A stretch of DNA of 64,000 nucleotides, from contig OZ251518.1 in the NCBI GenBank assembly GCA_965242965.1, forward strand, positions 640,001-704,000, written 5' to 3'. Under the pieces are notes generated by a model. That model did no database searches and had not been told where the DNA came from. It saw only the letters and a program-made list of their open reading frames with translations. The position numbers were made by a program, and so were the translations under genes. Below, in pieces: positions 47,811-56,752 of this stretch. Position 1 is the first letter of the stretch. Every line of letters starts with the position of its first letter. The stretch is from Candidatus Poribacteria bacterium. GTDB taxonomy: Bacteria; Poribacteria; WGA-4E; WGA-3G.

Positions 47811-48626
47811 ATGTCAGTCTTTGATGCAAAAGCACTTGAATTTTGGGAAGAAAACGGCTACGTCGTTGTGCCGGAGGCAGTTCCCATCGAAAATTGCCGC
47901 GCCGCCGAACAAGCCGTTTGGGACTTCCTTGAGATGGAACGCGAGAATCCGGAGAGTTGGTATCCCAATCCACCGCGGCGGAGCATCATGGTGGAGATTT
48001 ACCAACATCAGGCACTGTGGGATAACCGGCAGTATCCGCGCGTGCATCAGGCGTTTTCGGAAATCTGGGGCACCGACAAGCTCTGGGTAAGTTTTGACCG
48101 CGCCAGCATGAATCCACCCGAACGTCCGGATTGGAAGTTCACCGGTCCTTATCTGCATTGGGATATGTCGCTGGACGATATGCCGGTGCGGTTGAAGGTG
48201 CAAGGCGTGCTATACCTCGCTGATACGCCCGGCAACCAAGGCGCGTTTACCTGCATCCCCGGTTTCCATAAGAAATTGGAGGCGTGGATGAAAGAGCTGC
48301 CGGAGGGCACAAATCCGAGGGAAGTGGTGCGCGAATACCAAGCGGAGGCAGTCCCCGTTGAGGGGAAAGCCGGCGATCTGGTGATTTGGCACAGTGCCTT
48401 GCCGCACGGCAGTAGCCCGAACTCCGCCGAGCGGCCCCGCATGGCGCAGTATATCACCATGTCGCCCGCGCCGACGAACGGTAACCCTGAGAAGCGGATT
48501 GAGGGATGGCGCGAACGTCTCACCGGACTCGGAAAAGAGAAGAGGGAGAAAGAGCATTACCACGGGAAGACCGCGGATTTGACACCGCTGGGTAAGAAAC
48601 TCCTCGGGTTGGATGCGTGGGGTTAG
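47811..48626 (+). CDS. phytanoyl-CoA dioxygenase (PhyH) family protein
   Basis: ENGYVVV, LHWD (HxD), GDLVIWHSALPHG, R..QY. Confidence 0.88.
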   Translation: MSVFDAKALEFWEENGYVVVPEAVPIENCRAAEQAVWDFLEMERENPESWYPNPPRRSIMVEIYQHQALWDNRQYPRVHQAFSEIWGTDKLWVSFDRASMNPPERPDWKFTGPYLHWDMSLDDMPVRLKVQGVLYLADTPGNQGAFTCIPGFHKKLEAWMKELPEGTNPREVVREYQAEAVPVEGKAGDLVIWHSALPHGSSPNSAERPRMAQYITMSPAPTNGNPEKRIEGWRERLTGLGKEKREKEHYHGKTADLTPLGKKLLGLDAWG

Positions 48627-48644
48627 TTTTTTTGTGGTTGAATG

Positions 48645-49525
48645 TTCGCGAGGGACAGGCCCTCGCGCTGCGGGCGGCCGCGGGGTCCTAGGGTCCGCGA
48701 GGGACAGGCCCTCGCGCTACGGGAGCTGGGAGAAGAACCCTCTCTCACACCGTAGGGCGGGGGCCTGTCCCCCGCCATGCTTGGGGTGCTGAACGCTCGC
48801 GAGGGACAGGCCCTCGCGCTACGGGCCGAAGACGGGGTTCTTTTCGGCTGAACGTTCGCGAGGGACAGGCTCTCGCGCTACGGGTTCGGGGAGAAGAAAC
48901 CTCTTACGCACCGTAGGGCGGGGGCCTGTCCCCCGCCATGCTTAGGATGCCGAACGTTCGCGAGGGACAGGCCCTCGCGCTACGGGCCAAGGATGTTTTC
49001 TGCTTGGATGCACGTTCGCGAGGGACAGGCCCTCGCGCTACGGCTTCGGGGAGAAGAAGCCTCTCTCACACCGTAGGGCGGGGGCCTGTCCCCCGCCATG
49101 CTTGAGGTGCCGAACGTTCGCGAGGGACAGGCCCTCGCGCTACGGGCCGAAGACGGTGTTTGAGGTTTCGCGAGGGCCAGGCTCTCGCGCTGCGGGAGCG
49201 TGGAGAAGAACCCTCTCTCCCACCGTAGGGCGGGGGCCTGTCCCCCGCCATGCTTGGGGTGCTGAACGCTCGCGAGGGACAGGCCCTCGCGCTACGGGTA
49301 GGAGAGACCTCCCGGTCTCGATTTCTTCCCGCGGCTTCGCGAGGGACAGGCCCTCGCGCTACGGGTCAAGGATGGTTTTCTGCTTGGATGCACGTTCGCG
49401 AGGGACAGGCCCTCGCGCTACGGGCCGAGGACGGTTTTACGGGCCGAGGACGGGGTTCTTTCGCGGGGGACGGGCCCTCGCGCTACGGACTAACGAGTCG
49501 AGACCAGGAGGTCTCCCCTACCGGG
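48645..49525. repeat. large BIME-like REP array with ~160-bp higher-order period
   Basis: About 12 copies of CGCGAGGGACAGGCCCTCGCGCTAC and 4 opposed copies of GTAGGGCGGGGGCCTGTCCCCCGCC. Confidence 0.92.
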
Positions 49526-49544
49526 AAAGGACGGTTTTTTTGTC

Positions 49545-50870
49545 ATGGATAACCTACTCGCTGCACGCGCGCAGATGGCGATGTCTCTCGCGTTTCACAT
49601 TATTTTCGCCGCCGTCGGCATGGCGATGCCGCTGCTCATGGTAATCGCAGAAGGGTTGTGGCTGAAAACACGCGACGCTGTCTATCTCACTCTTGCAAAA
49701 CAGTGGGCAAAAGGCACTGCGATTATGTTCGCTGTCGGCGCAGTCTCCGGCACCGTGCTCTCCTTTGAACTGGGACTGCTTTGGCCGGAGTTCATGGCTT
49801 ACGCAGGCCCTATCATCGGCATGCCGTTTTCATTAGAGGGACTCGCGTTCTTCCTTGAGGCAATCTTCCTCGGCATTTACCTTTACGGCTGGGAACGTGT
49901 GCCGCGCTATGCGCACTGGTTCGCCGGTGTGATGGTGCTGATAGGCGGAACTTTATCAGGCATCTTCGTCGTCACGGCGAACGCTTGGATGAACACGCCG
50001 ACAGGTTTTTCAATCGTCAACGGAGAGGTGACAGACATTGATCCGATTGCGGCGATGCTGAACCCCTCTTCGTTCAGTCAGGCGTTGCACATGTGCTTGG
50101 CGGCGTTCCTCGCTGTCGGGTTCGCGGCGGCGGGTATCCACGCCTATCTGTTGCGCCGCGACCCGAGCAACGCTTTCCATCGGAAGGCGTTCGCTATCGC
50201 GCTGAGCGTCGGCGGTGTCATGGCAATCCTCCAACCCATCTCCGGAGATATCAGTGCCAAGAAGCTTGCAAAGCATCAACCCATCAAACTGGCGGCGATG
50301 GAGGGGCAGTGGGAGACAGAACGCGGCGCGCCTCTACGCATCGGCGGTATTCCTGACGAAGAGGCTGAAGTAACGCGCTATGCAATTGAGATTCCAAAGG
50401 CACTCAGTTTTCTCGCGCACTTCGATTTCAACGCCGAGATTATGGGACTGAAAGACGTGCCGAAGGAGAACCGTCCGCCTGTAGCGATTGTGCATATCGC
50501 GTTTCAAATCATGGTAGCGTGCGGTATGATAATGCTCACCGCGGGCTGCATCGGCGGTTGGCTCGCATGGCGGCGGAAAAGCCTGCCGACAGATGGATGG
50601 TATCTCCGATTCGTTACGTGCTGCGCGCCGCTCGGGTTTATCGCCATTGAAGCAGGTTGGACCGTCACGGAAGTCGGCAGACAGCCGTGGGTTATCTATA
50701 ACGTCATGCGAACGGCGGAGGCGGTGACCCCGATGCCAAACCTCGTTATTCCGTTTATCAGTTTCACCGTGCTTTACATTTTCCTTTCTGTCATCGTCGT
50801 TATCTTATTGCGTCGTCAATTTTTCCAAAGTCTGTCCATTCTTGGGGAGGAACCCGATGTTCGCTCTTGA
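49545..50870 (+). CDS. cydA: cytochrome bd ubiquinol oxidase subunit I
   Basis: ARAQMAMSLAFHIIF, FAVGAVSG, QPIKLAAMEG, GWTVTEVGRQPW. Confidence 0.95.
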   Translation: MDNLLAARAQMAMSLAFHIIFAAVGMAMPLLMVIAEGLWLKTRDAVYLTLAKQWAKGTAIMFAVGAVSGTVLSFELGLLWPEFMAYAGPIIGMPFSLEGLAFFLEAIFLGIYLYGWERVPRYAHWFAGVMVLIGGTLSGIFVVTANAWMNTPTGFSIVNGEVTDIDPIAAMLNPSSFSQALHMCLAAFLAVGFAAAGIHAYLLRRDPSNAFHRKAFAIALSVGGVMAILQPISGDISAKKLAKHQPIKLAAMEGQWETERGAPLRIGGIPDEEAEVTRYAIEIPKALSFLAHFDFNAEIMGLKDVPKENRPPVAIVHIAFQIMVACGMIMLTAGCIGGWLAWRRKSLPTDGWYLRFVTCCAPLGFIAIEAGWTVTEVGRQPWVIYNVMRTAEAVTPMPNLVIPFISFTVLYIFLSVIVVILLRRQFFQSLSILGEEPDVRS

Positions 50871-51846
50871 ATTCTGGATAGCGGGCGTGATGCTTATCTC
50901 GCTCATCATCTATATGTTGACAGGCGGGGCGGATTTCGGGGGCGGCGTGTGGGATCTGTTTGCGACGGGAACGCGGGCGAAAGCGCAGCGCGAACTCATC
51001 ACACAAGCCATCTCACCTATCTGGGAGGCGAATCATGTCTGGCTTATCCTCATCGTTGTGCTGCTCTTCGTGGCGTTTCCGACGGCGTTCGCGACGATTA
51101 GCACCGCCTTGCACATTCCGCTCACTTTAATGCTTATCGGGATTGTGCTGCGCGGTTCAGCGTTCGTTTTCCGCACCTACGATTCGCAATCGCTCACAAC
51201 GCACCGTCGCTGGAGCCGCATGTTCGCCATCTCCAGTATCATCACGCCGGTGATGCTCGGCGTGACGTTGGGCGCGGTGGCTACCGGCACCATTCACAGC
51301 GACGCGCCCCCGGATTTCATATCACCGTGGCTCGCGCCATTTCCGTTTGCGATAGGCTTTTTTACGCTGACGCTTTGCGCGCTGCTCGCCGCTGTCTATC
51401 TGACATTGGAAACGGAAGACGCGGCATTGCAGGCGGATTTTCGGTTGCGTGCGTTGATATCCGCAGTCAGCGTCGGTGCGATGGCAGGGCTCAGTTTCCT
51501 CCTATCTGCCGAGGGTGCCCCGACAATTCGGCGCGGGTTGAGTGCTACGCCTTGGGCGGTGCCGTTTCACATCGTCACTGGTGCGATAGCCGTATGGGCC
51601 CTCTGGGCGATTTGGCAGCGTCAATACCGTCTCGCGCGCATTCTTGTTCCGTTGCAAGTGTCCCTGATTATTATCGGGTGGGGGATTGCGCAGTATCCCT
51701 ATCTCGTTACGCCGGATGTGACGTTTTCAAATAGTGCTGCACCGGCTTCCGTTCTCCTTCCGGTGTTGGTTGTGGTGGTGCTTGGGGGGATGTTGTTGGT
51801 GCCGGCGTTTTGGTATCTCTATGCGGTTTTTAAGGGGAGAGGCTAG
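50857..51846 (+). CDS. cydB: cytochrome bd ubiquinol oxidase subunit II
   Basis: GGADFGGG, PIWEANHVWL, LRGSAFVFR, YLYAVFKG. Confidence 0.94.
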   Translation: MFALEFWIAGVMLISLIIYMLTGGADFGGGVWDLFATGTRAKAQRELITQAISPIWEANHVWLILIVVLLFVAFPTAFATISTALHIPLTLMLIGIVLRGSAFVFRTYDSQSLTTHRRWSRMFAISSIITPVMLGVTLGAVATGTIHSDAPPDFISPWLAPFPFAIGFFTLTLCALLAAVYLTLETEDAALQADFRLRALISAVSVGAMAGLSFLLSAEGAPTIRRGLSATPWAVPFHIVTGAIAVWALWAIWQRQYRLARILVPLQVSLIIIGWGIAQYPYLVTPDVTFSNSAAPASVLLPVLVVVVLGGMLLVPAFWYLYAVFKGRG

Positions 51847-51879
51847 CGCGGGGATTACGTTTTAGAAAGGAGCTCCGAG

Positions 51880-52683
51880 ATGTTACGTCAATTTTTTCGC
51901 GATCATCGCTTTATTGTTCTGCTGATTGGTTGTGGTTTTGTCGCTATCGTCGGATATAAGTGGCTATCCCATTCCAACCGATGGCACGAAAGAAGCGTGC
52001 ATCGAGACCGGGAGGGCGCGCCTACGGTATTGCATCGAGACCAGGAGGTCTCTCCTACGGCACCGCGCACCATTTCTCCGCCAGAGATTTCGGCAGAGAA
52101 ACGCCAAAGAATCAGCGAATTATATGATAGGCACAGTCCAGACCGGGATAATGTGAACAGGGATGCAGATTGGGCGACTACCGGGCCGCCGCGGGAAGAA
52201 GTTGATATTCTAGCGGACGGCTTGGATGCTTTGAGTGCGGCCAAGTTTCTGAAAGCCTTAGGTGGGTATGCCGCCTATGCGCGCGAGTATGCGGACAAAG
52301 CCCTCGCAGCGAACCCGGACGATTTTGAAACGCTTCTCGTCTGGACTAAACTTCGGGTTGATGATGAAGAGCGGGAATATGGATATCGCAGACTGCTGGA
52401 AATGGCTCCGAATTCCATTACCGTGTTGACAGGACTAGGATCCTTGCTTGCAAACGACGCGCCAGAGGAAGCTATTGAACATCTAGAAAAGGCAAACAGC
52501 CTAGATGCGACTGCAGGCCTTTATGAATTAGGCTGGGCATACCAAAGAGTTGGTGAGTATGATAAAGCAGTAACCGCCCTCAAAAAAGCGTATCAACGCT
52601 ATAACCGACCGAGGATGCTTAGTGAAATTCGATCGATTGAGGCTGGCACACCGCAAGTTCCGCTCATCCAACAACTAAAGTGA
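51880..52683 (+). CDS. membrane-anchored tetratricopeptide repeat protein with in-frame REP insertion
   Basis: N-terminal TM; EEAIEHLEKA, LGWAYQRVGEYDKAVTALKKA. Confidence 0.8.
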   Translation: MLRQFFRDHRFIVLLIGCGFVAIVGYKWLSHSNRWHERSVHRDREGAPTVLHRDQEVSPTAPRTISPPEISAEKRQRISELYDRHSPDRDNVNRDADWATTGPPREEVDILADGLDALSAAKFLKALGGYAAYAREYADKALAANPDDFETLLVWTKLRVDDEEREYGYRRLLEMAPNSITVLTGLGSLLANDAPEEAIEHLEKANSLDATAGLYELGWAYQRVGEYDKAVTALKKAYQRYNRPRMLSEIRSIEAGTPQVPLIQQLK

Positions 52684-52691
52684 AAATAGAT

Positions 52692-53222
52692 GAGGGTGTT
52701 TCATAAATCGCCCAACGTCGCGGGGGAAACCTGCTCGGATGCGCGTGTGGCATCCGAGGGCCCCGCGCTGCGATAAAAAAACGCCGCCCCTTCACGTAGG
52801 GCGAGGGCCTGTCCCTCGCCATGCTTCGATCTACCGAACGATCGCGGGGGACAGGCCCCCGCGCTACGGTGAAAAAAACGCCGCCCCTTCACGTAGGGCG
52901 AGGGCCTGTCCCTCGCCATCGTCCGCGCAATCCAACGCGCGCGAGGGGAACCCGCTCGGATGTGCGTGTGGCATCCGAGGGGCCCCGCGCGACGATGAAA
53001 AAAACGCCGCCCTTTCCCGTAGGGCGAGGGCCTGTCCCTCGCCATCGCTCGCGCACTCCAACGCTCGCGGGGGACAGGCCCCCGCGCTACGATGAAAAAA
53101 CGTCTCTTCAGGTCCTAAAGGACCTAAAAACATAAGTTGTCGATGGCCATCGCGGGGGACAGGCCCCCGCGCTACGGGAACATCGAGACCGGAGGTCTCT
53201 CCTACGGGTGTGCATCGAGACC
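52692..53222. repeat. REP cluster starting at left TIR (52692-52706)
   Basis: GAGGGTGTTTCATAA followed by family A, F and B units. Confidence 0.85.
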
Positions 53223-53299
53223 AGTTTGACAAAATGTTGTCCAATGTGGTATCATAAGATTAATCAGAAATGGAAATTCACTGAAGAAGGACACGCTTT

Positions 53300-54760
53300 A
53301 TGTTAACAATTCCCGAGTTGAATAGCCTCCACTACGGCGACAATCTCCACATTTTGCGGCAATGGCCCGATAATTGGGTGGACATCGTCTATGGAGATCC
53401 GCCGTTCAATTCCAAGCAGCAATATAATCAACTTTACGCGCTGGAAGCGGAGGTGGCGAACAAAGGGACGCGCGCCGCGTCGCTGAAGGCGTTTGACGAT
53501 ACATGGCACTGGACTCCCGATGCACAGGCACGTGTTGATGAGCTCACCGGCATGGTTGCCTCGCCGATTGCTAAAGCCATTGGCGGGTTGCACCAGATTC
53601 TCGGCGACTGCGGGATGATGGCTTACGTCAGTTACATGGCGATTCGCTTGATTGAGATAAAGCGCGTCCTCAAGCCGACCGGCACGTTCTATCTCCACTG
53701 CGATGCGACAGCAAGTCATTATCTCAAAATCGCTCTGGATGGGGTTTTCGGTGCTGAGAATTTCCGGAACGAAATTGTGTGGCACTACCACATGGGAAAT
53801 GCCCCAAGGAAAGATTTCCGCCGAAAACATGATACCATTTTTCGGTATTCCAAAACCGCTGATTACAAAGGCGTTGATATGAGGGTACCGAGAAGGATGG
53901 ATGCCTCCCGTTACAATAAGGTGGATGAAAACGGGAGACGCTATCACGAAAACGGCGTTGGGAAAAGGTTCTACATGGATGAGGGAAAAATCCCCGATGA
54001 TGTCTGGACCTACTGTGAGGACAAAAAACTCACACAGTTGAACTCCCGGGCGAAAGAGCGTCTAGGATACGCGACCCAGAAACCCCTCGCCTTGCTTGAT
54101 AGAATTATCAGAGCCTCCTCAAACGCAGGGGATATTGTGTTGGATCCGTTTTGTGGCTGCGGCACTACTGTTGTCGCCGCCGATAACTTGAAGCGCGACT
54201 GGGTTGGCATTGACATTAATCCTGCCGCGCTGGATGTCATCAAAACACAGCGGTTCCCGGGTCGAGACATCCCAACCTACGGTGTGCCTGCAGACTTAGC
54301 GAGTGCGCGGCGGCTCGCCGGTGAACATCGGCGGCATTTTGAGATATGGGCTGTGAACCTCATCCCCGGTCTTGCGCCGAACGAGCGCGGCGGCGCAGAT
54401 GGCGGCATTGATGGCATCGGGAACACGCTGGAAACGCCCGATGGCGACTATACGAAAATTGTCCTCGGTCAGGTGAAGAGTGGGAAGTTCTCGCTCAGCC
54501 AGCTGCGCGATTTCTTGCATGTCGTGCAACGTGAAAATGCCGTGATGGGTGTCTATATCACCTTAGAGGATGTCACTTCATCGGCGGCGCAGAATGAGGT
54601 GGCGAAACTCGGTAACGTGCAGATAGGGAATCACGTTTTCCCGCGCGTGCAACTTTACTCGGTTGAGGGTTGGTTTCATGAGCGGCTGCCGCAGTTGCCG
54701 GATATGATTAATCCGTATACGGGCAAACCGCTGCAGCGTGCGTTGCCGTTAAGTTTTTAG
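53300..54760 (+). CDS. beta-class N6/N4 DNA methyltransferase fused to C-terminal Mrr-like nuclease domain (copy 1)
   Basis: DPPF, YATQKP, DPFCGCGTT; ADGGIDG...GQVKSG. Confidence 0.9.
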   Translation: MLTIPELNSLHYGDNLHILRQWPDNWVDIVYGDPPFNSKQQYNQLYALEAEVANKGTRAASLKAFDDTWHWTPDAQARVDELTGMVASPIAKAIGGLHQILGDCGMMAYVSYMAIRLIEIKRVLKPTGTFYLHCDATASHYLKIALDGVFGAENFRNEIVWHYHMGNAPRKDFRRKHDTIFRYSKTADYKGVDMRVPRRMDASRYNKVDENGRRYHENGVGKRFYMDEGKIPDDVWTYCEDKKLTQLNSRAKERLGYATQKPLALLDRIIRASSNAGDIVLDPFCGCGTTVVAADNLKRDWVGIDINPAALDVIKTQRFPGRDIPTYGVPADLASARRLAGEHRRHFEIWAVNLIPGLAPNERGGADGGIDGIGNTLETPDGDYTKIVLGQVKSGKFSLSQLRDFLHVVQRENAVMGVYITLEDVTSSAAQNEVAKLGNVQIGNHVFPRVQLYSVEGWFHERLPQLPDMINPYTGKPLQRALPLSF

Positions 54761-54792
54761 GGAACGCAGAAAAAAAGAATAGGAGACAAAAG

Positions 54793-56256
54793 GTGGTATC
54801 ACGAATTCCGGCGTTGAATAGCCTCCACTACGGCGACAATCTCCACATCTTGCGGCAATGGCCCGATAATTGGGTGGATATTGTCTACGGAGATCCGCCG
54901 TTTAATTCCAAGCAGCAATATAATCAACTTTACGCGCTGGAGGCGGAGATGGCGAACAAAGGCACGCGCGCCGCGTCGCTGAAAGCGTTTGACGATACCT
55001 GGCACTGGACTCCCGATGCGCAGATGCGCGTTGATGAACTCACCGGTATGGTTGCTGCGCCGATTGCTAAAGCCATCGGCGGGTTGCATCAGATCCTCGG
55101 CGACTGCGGGATGATGGCTTATGTCAGCTACATGGCACTCCGTTTGCTTGAACTTCATCGCGTTCTCAAACCTACCGGCAGTATCTACATCCACTGCGAT
55201 GCGACGGCGAGTCATTACCTCAAGTTGTTGATGGACGGCATTTTCGGTCCGAAGAACTTCAGAAATGAGATTGTGTGGTGTTACCCGCCCGGTGGACAAG
55301 GACCCAAGTTGGCGTTCCATCGCAAGCACGACATTATCTTGTTTTACGGGATGGCTGAAAAAGAGGGCGTTTTTCACCGTCCCTATACCGCGCTGACAGA
55401 AGCGGCGGTGAAAAAGTTTAACAAGAGAGACGAAGCAGGCAGAGCCTACAAAGAATATCCGGGCGGTAGAAGTTACCTTGATGCCTCCCCCGGGCGCGCT
55501 ATTCCGAGTTGGTGGAGTGATATTCCATCCCTGGGGCAGACGCAGTCGAAAGAGCGTCTCGGCTATGGCACCCAGAAGCCGCTCGCGCTGCTTGAGCGTA
55601 TCATCGGTGCATCGTCAAACGCAGGGGATATTGTGTTGGATCCGTTCTGTGGTTGCGGTACTACTGTTGTCGCCGCTGATACCCTGAAGCGGAACTGGGT
55701 TGGCATTGACATTAATCCCGCCGCGCTGGATGTCATCAAAACGCAGAGGTTTCCGGGCAGAAACATTCCTACCTACGGTGTGCCTGCAGATTTGGCGAGT
55801 GCGGCGCGGCTGGCCGGTGAGCATCGTCGGCACTTTGAGATATGGGCTGTGAACCTTATCCCGGGTCTTGCGCCGAACGAGCGCGGCGGCGCAGATGGCG
55901 GCATTGATGGTATCGGGAATACACTAGAAACGCCCGATGGTGACTTTACGAAAATTGTCCTCGGTCAGGTGAAGAGTGGGAAGTTCTCGCTGAGCCAACT
56001 ACGCGATTTCTTGCATGTCGTGCAACGTGAAAATGCCGTGATGGGTGTCTATATCACTTTAGGGGATGTCACTTCCTCGGCGGCGCGGAATGAGGTGGCG
56101 AAACTCGGTAACGTGCAGATAGGGAACCACGTTTTCCCGCGCGTGCAGCTTTACTCGGTTGAGGGTTGGTTTCATGAGCGGCTGCCGCAGTTGTCGGATA
56201 TGATTAATCCGTATACGGGGAAGCCGCTGCAGCGCGCGCTGCCGTTAAATTTTTAG
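54793..56256 (+). CDS. beta-class N6/N4 DNA methyltransferase fused to C-terminal Mrr-like nuclease domain (copy 2)
   Basis: Near-identical to copy 1 except in the central region; GTG start after AGGAG. Confidence 0.9.
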   Translation: MVSRIPALNSLHYGDNLHILRQWPDNWVDIVYGDPPFNSKQQYNQLYALEAEMANKGTRAASLKAFDDTWHWTPDAQMRVDELTGMVAAPIAKAIGGLHQILGDCGMMAYVSYMALRLLELHRVLKPTGSIYIHCDATASHYLKLLMDGIFGPKNFRNEIVWCYPPGGQGPKLAFHRKHDIILFYGMAEKEGVFHRPYTALTEAAVKKFNKRDEAGRAYKEYPGGRSYLDASPGRAIPSWWSDIPSLGQTQSKERLGYGTQKPLALLERIIGASSNAGDIVLDPFCGCGTTVVAADTLKRNWVGIDINPAALDVIKTQRFPGRNIPTYGVPADLASAARLAGEHRRHFEIWAVNLIPGLAPNERGGADGGIDGIGNTLETPDGDFTKIVLGQVKSGKFSLSQLRDFLHVVQRENAVMGVYITLGDVTSSAARNEVAKLGNVQIGNHVFPRVQLYSVEGWFHERLPQLSDMINPYTGKPLQRALPLNF

Positions 56257-56299
56257 TGAACGCCATTGAGAAAGTGCAACGGTGAGGGGGCGTTTTTTA

Positions 56300-56752
56300 T
56301 CGTAGCGCGGGGGCCTGTCCCCCGCGATCGTTGGATGGATCGAAGCATGGCGAGGGGAACCCGCTCGGATGCGCGTGTGGCATCCGAGGGCCCACGCCCT
56401 ACGGTAACGCACGCCGTTTTTTATCGTAGCGCGGGGGCCTGTCCCCCGCGATCTCCATCGGCAAGAGGGCGTTTTAGGTCCTCCCCTCTCTGTAGTTTGT
56501 GATCGCCTGATCACAAACGGGTCAAGATCGGGCGATCTTGACCTACAGGGGTGATGCGCTCTGACAGCAGAACGCTGGCGAGGGGAACCCGCTCGGATGC
56601 GCGTGTGGCATCCGAGGGCCCTCGCCCTACGGTGAAGGGGGCTTTCTGCCGCCCTATTGCATCGAGACCGGGAGGTCTCTCCTACCGGGGAAACGGCATC
56701 GTGCGGGATGTCACAAAACCCTTTTGACAACGACGAGTTATGAAACACCCTC
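56300..56752. repeat. REP cluster ending in right TIR (56738-56752)
   Basis: Family A, D and B units, then TTATGAAACACCCTC. Confidence 0.85.

Noticed and set aside
48645-49525. CRISPR-like array of ~25-bp palindromic repeats
   Set aside because: Repeats occur in both orientations, linkers are related to each other, the same units are dispersed across the window, and no cas genes are present
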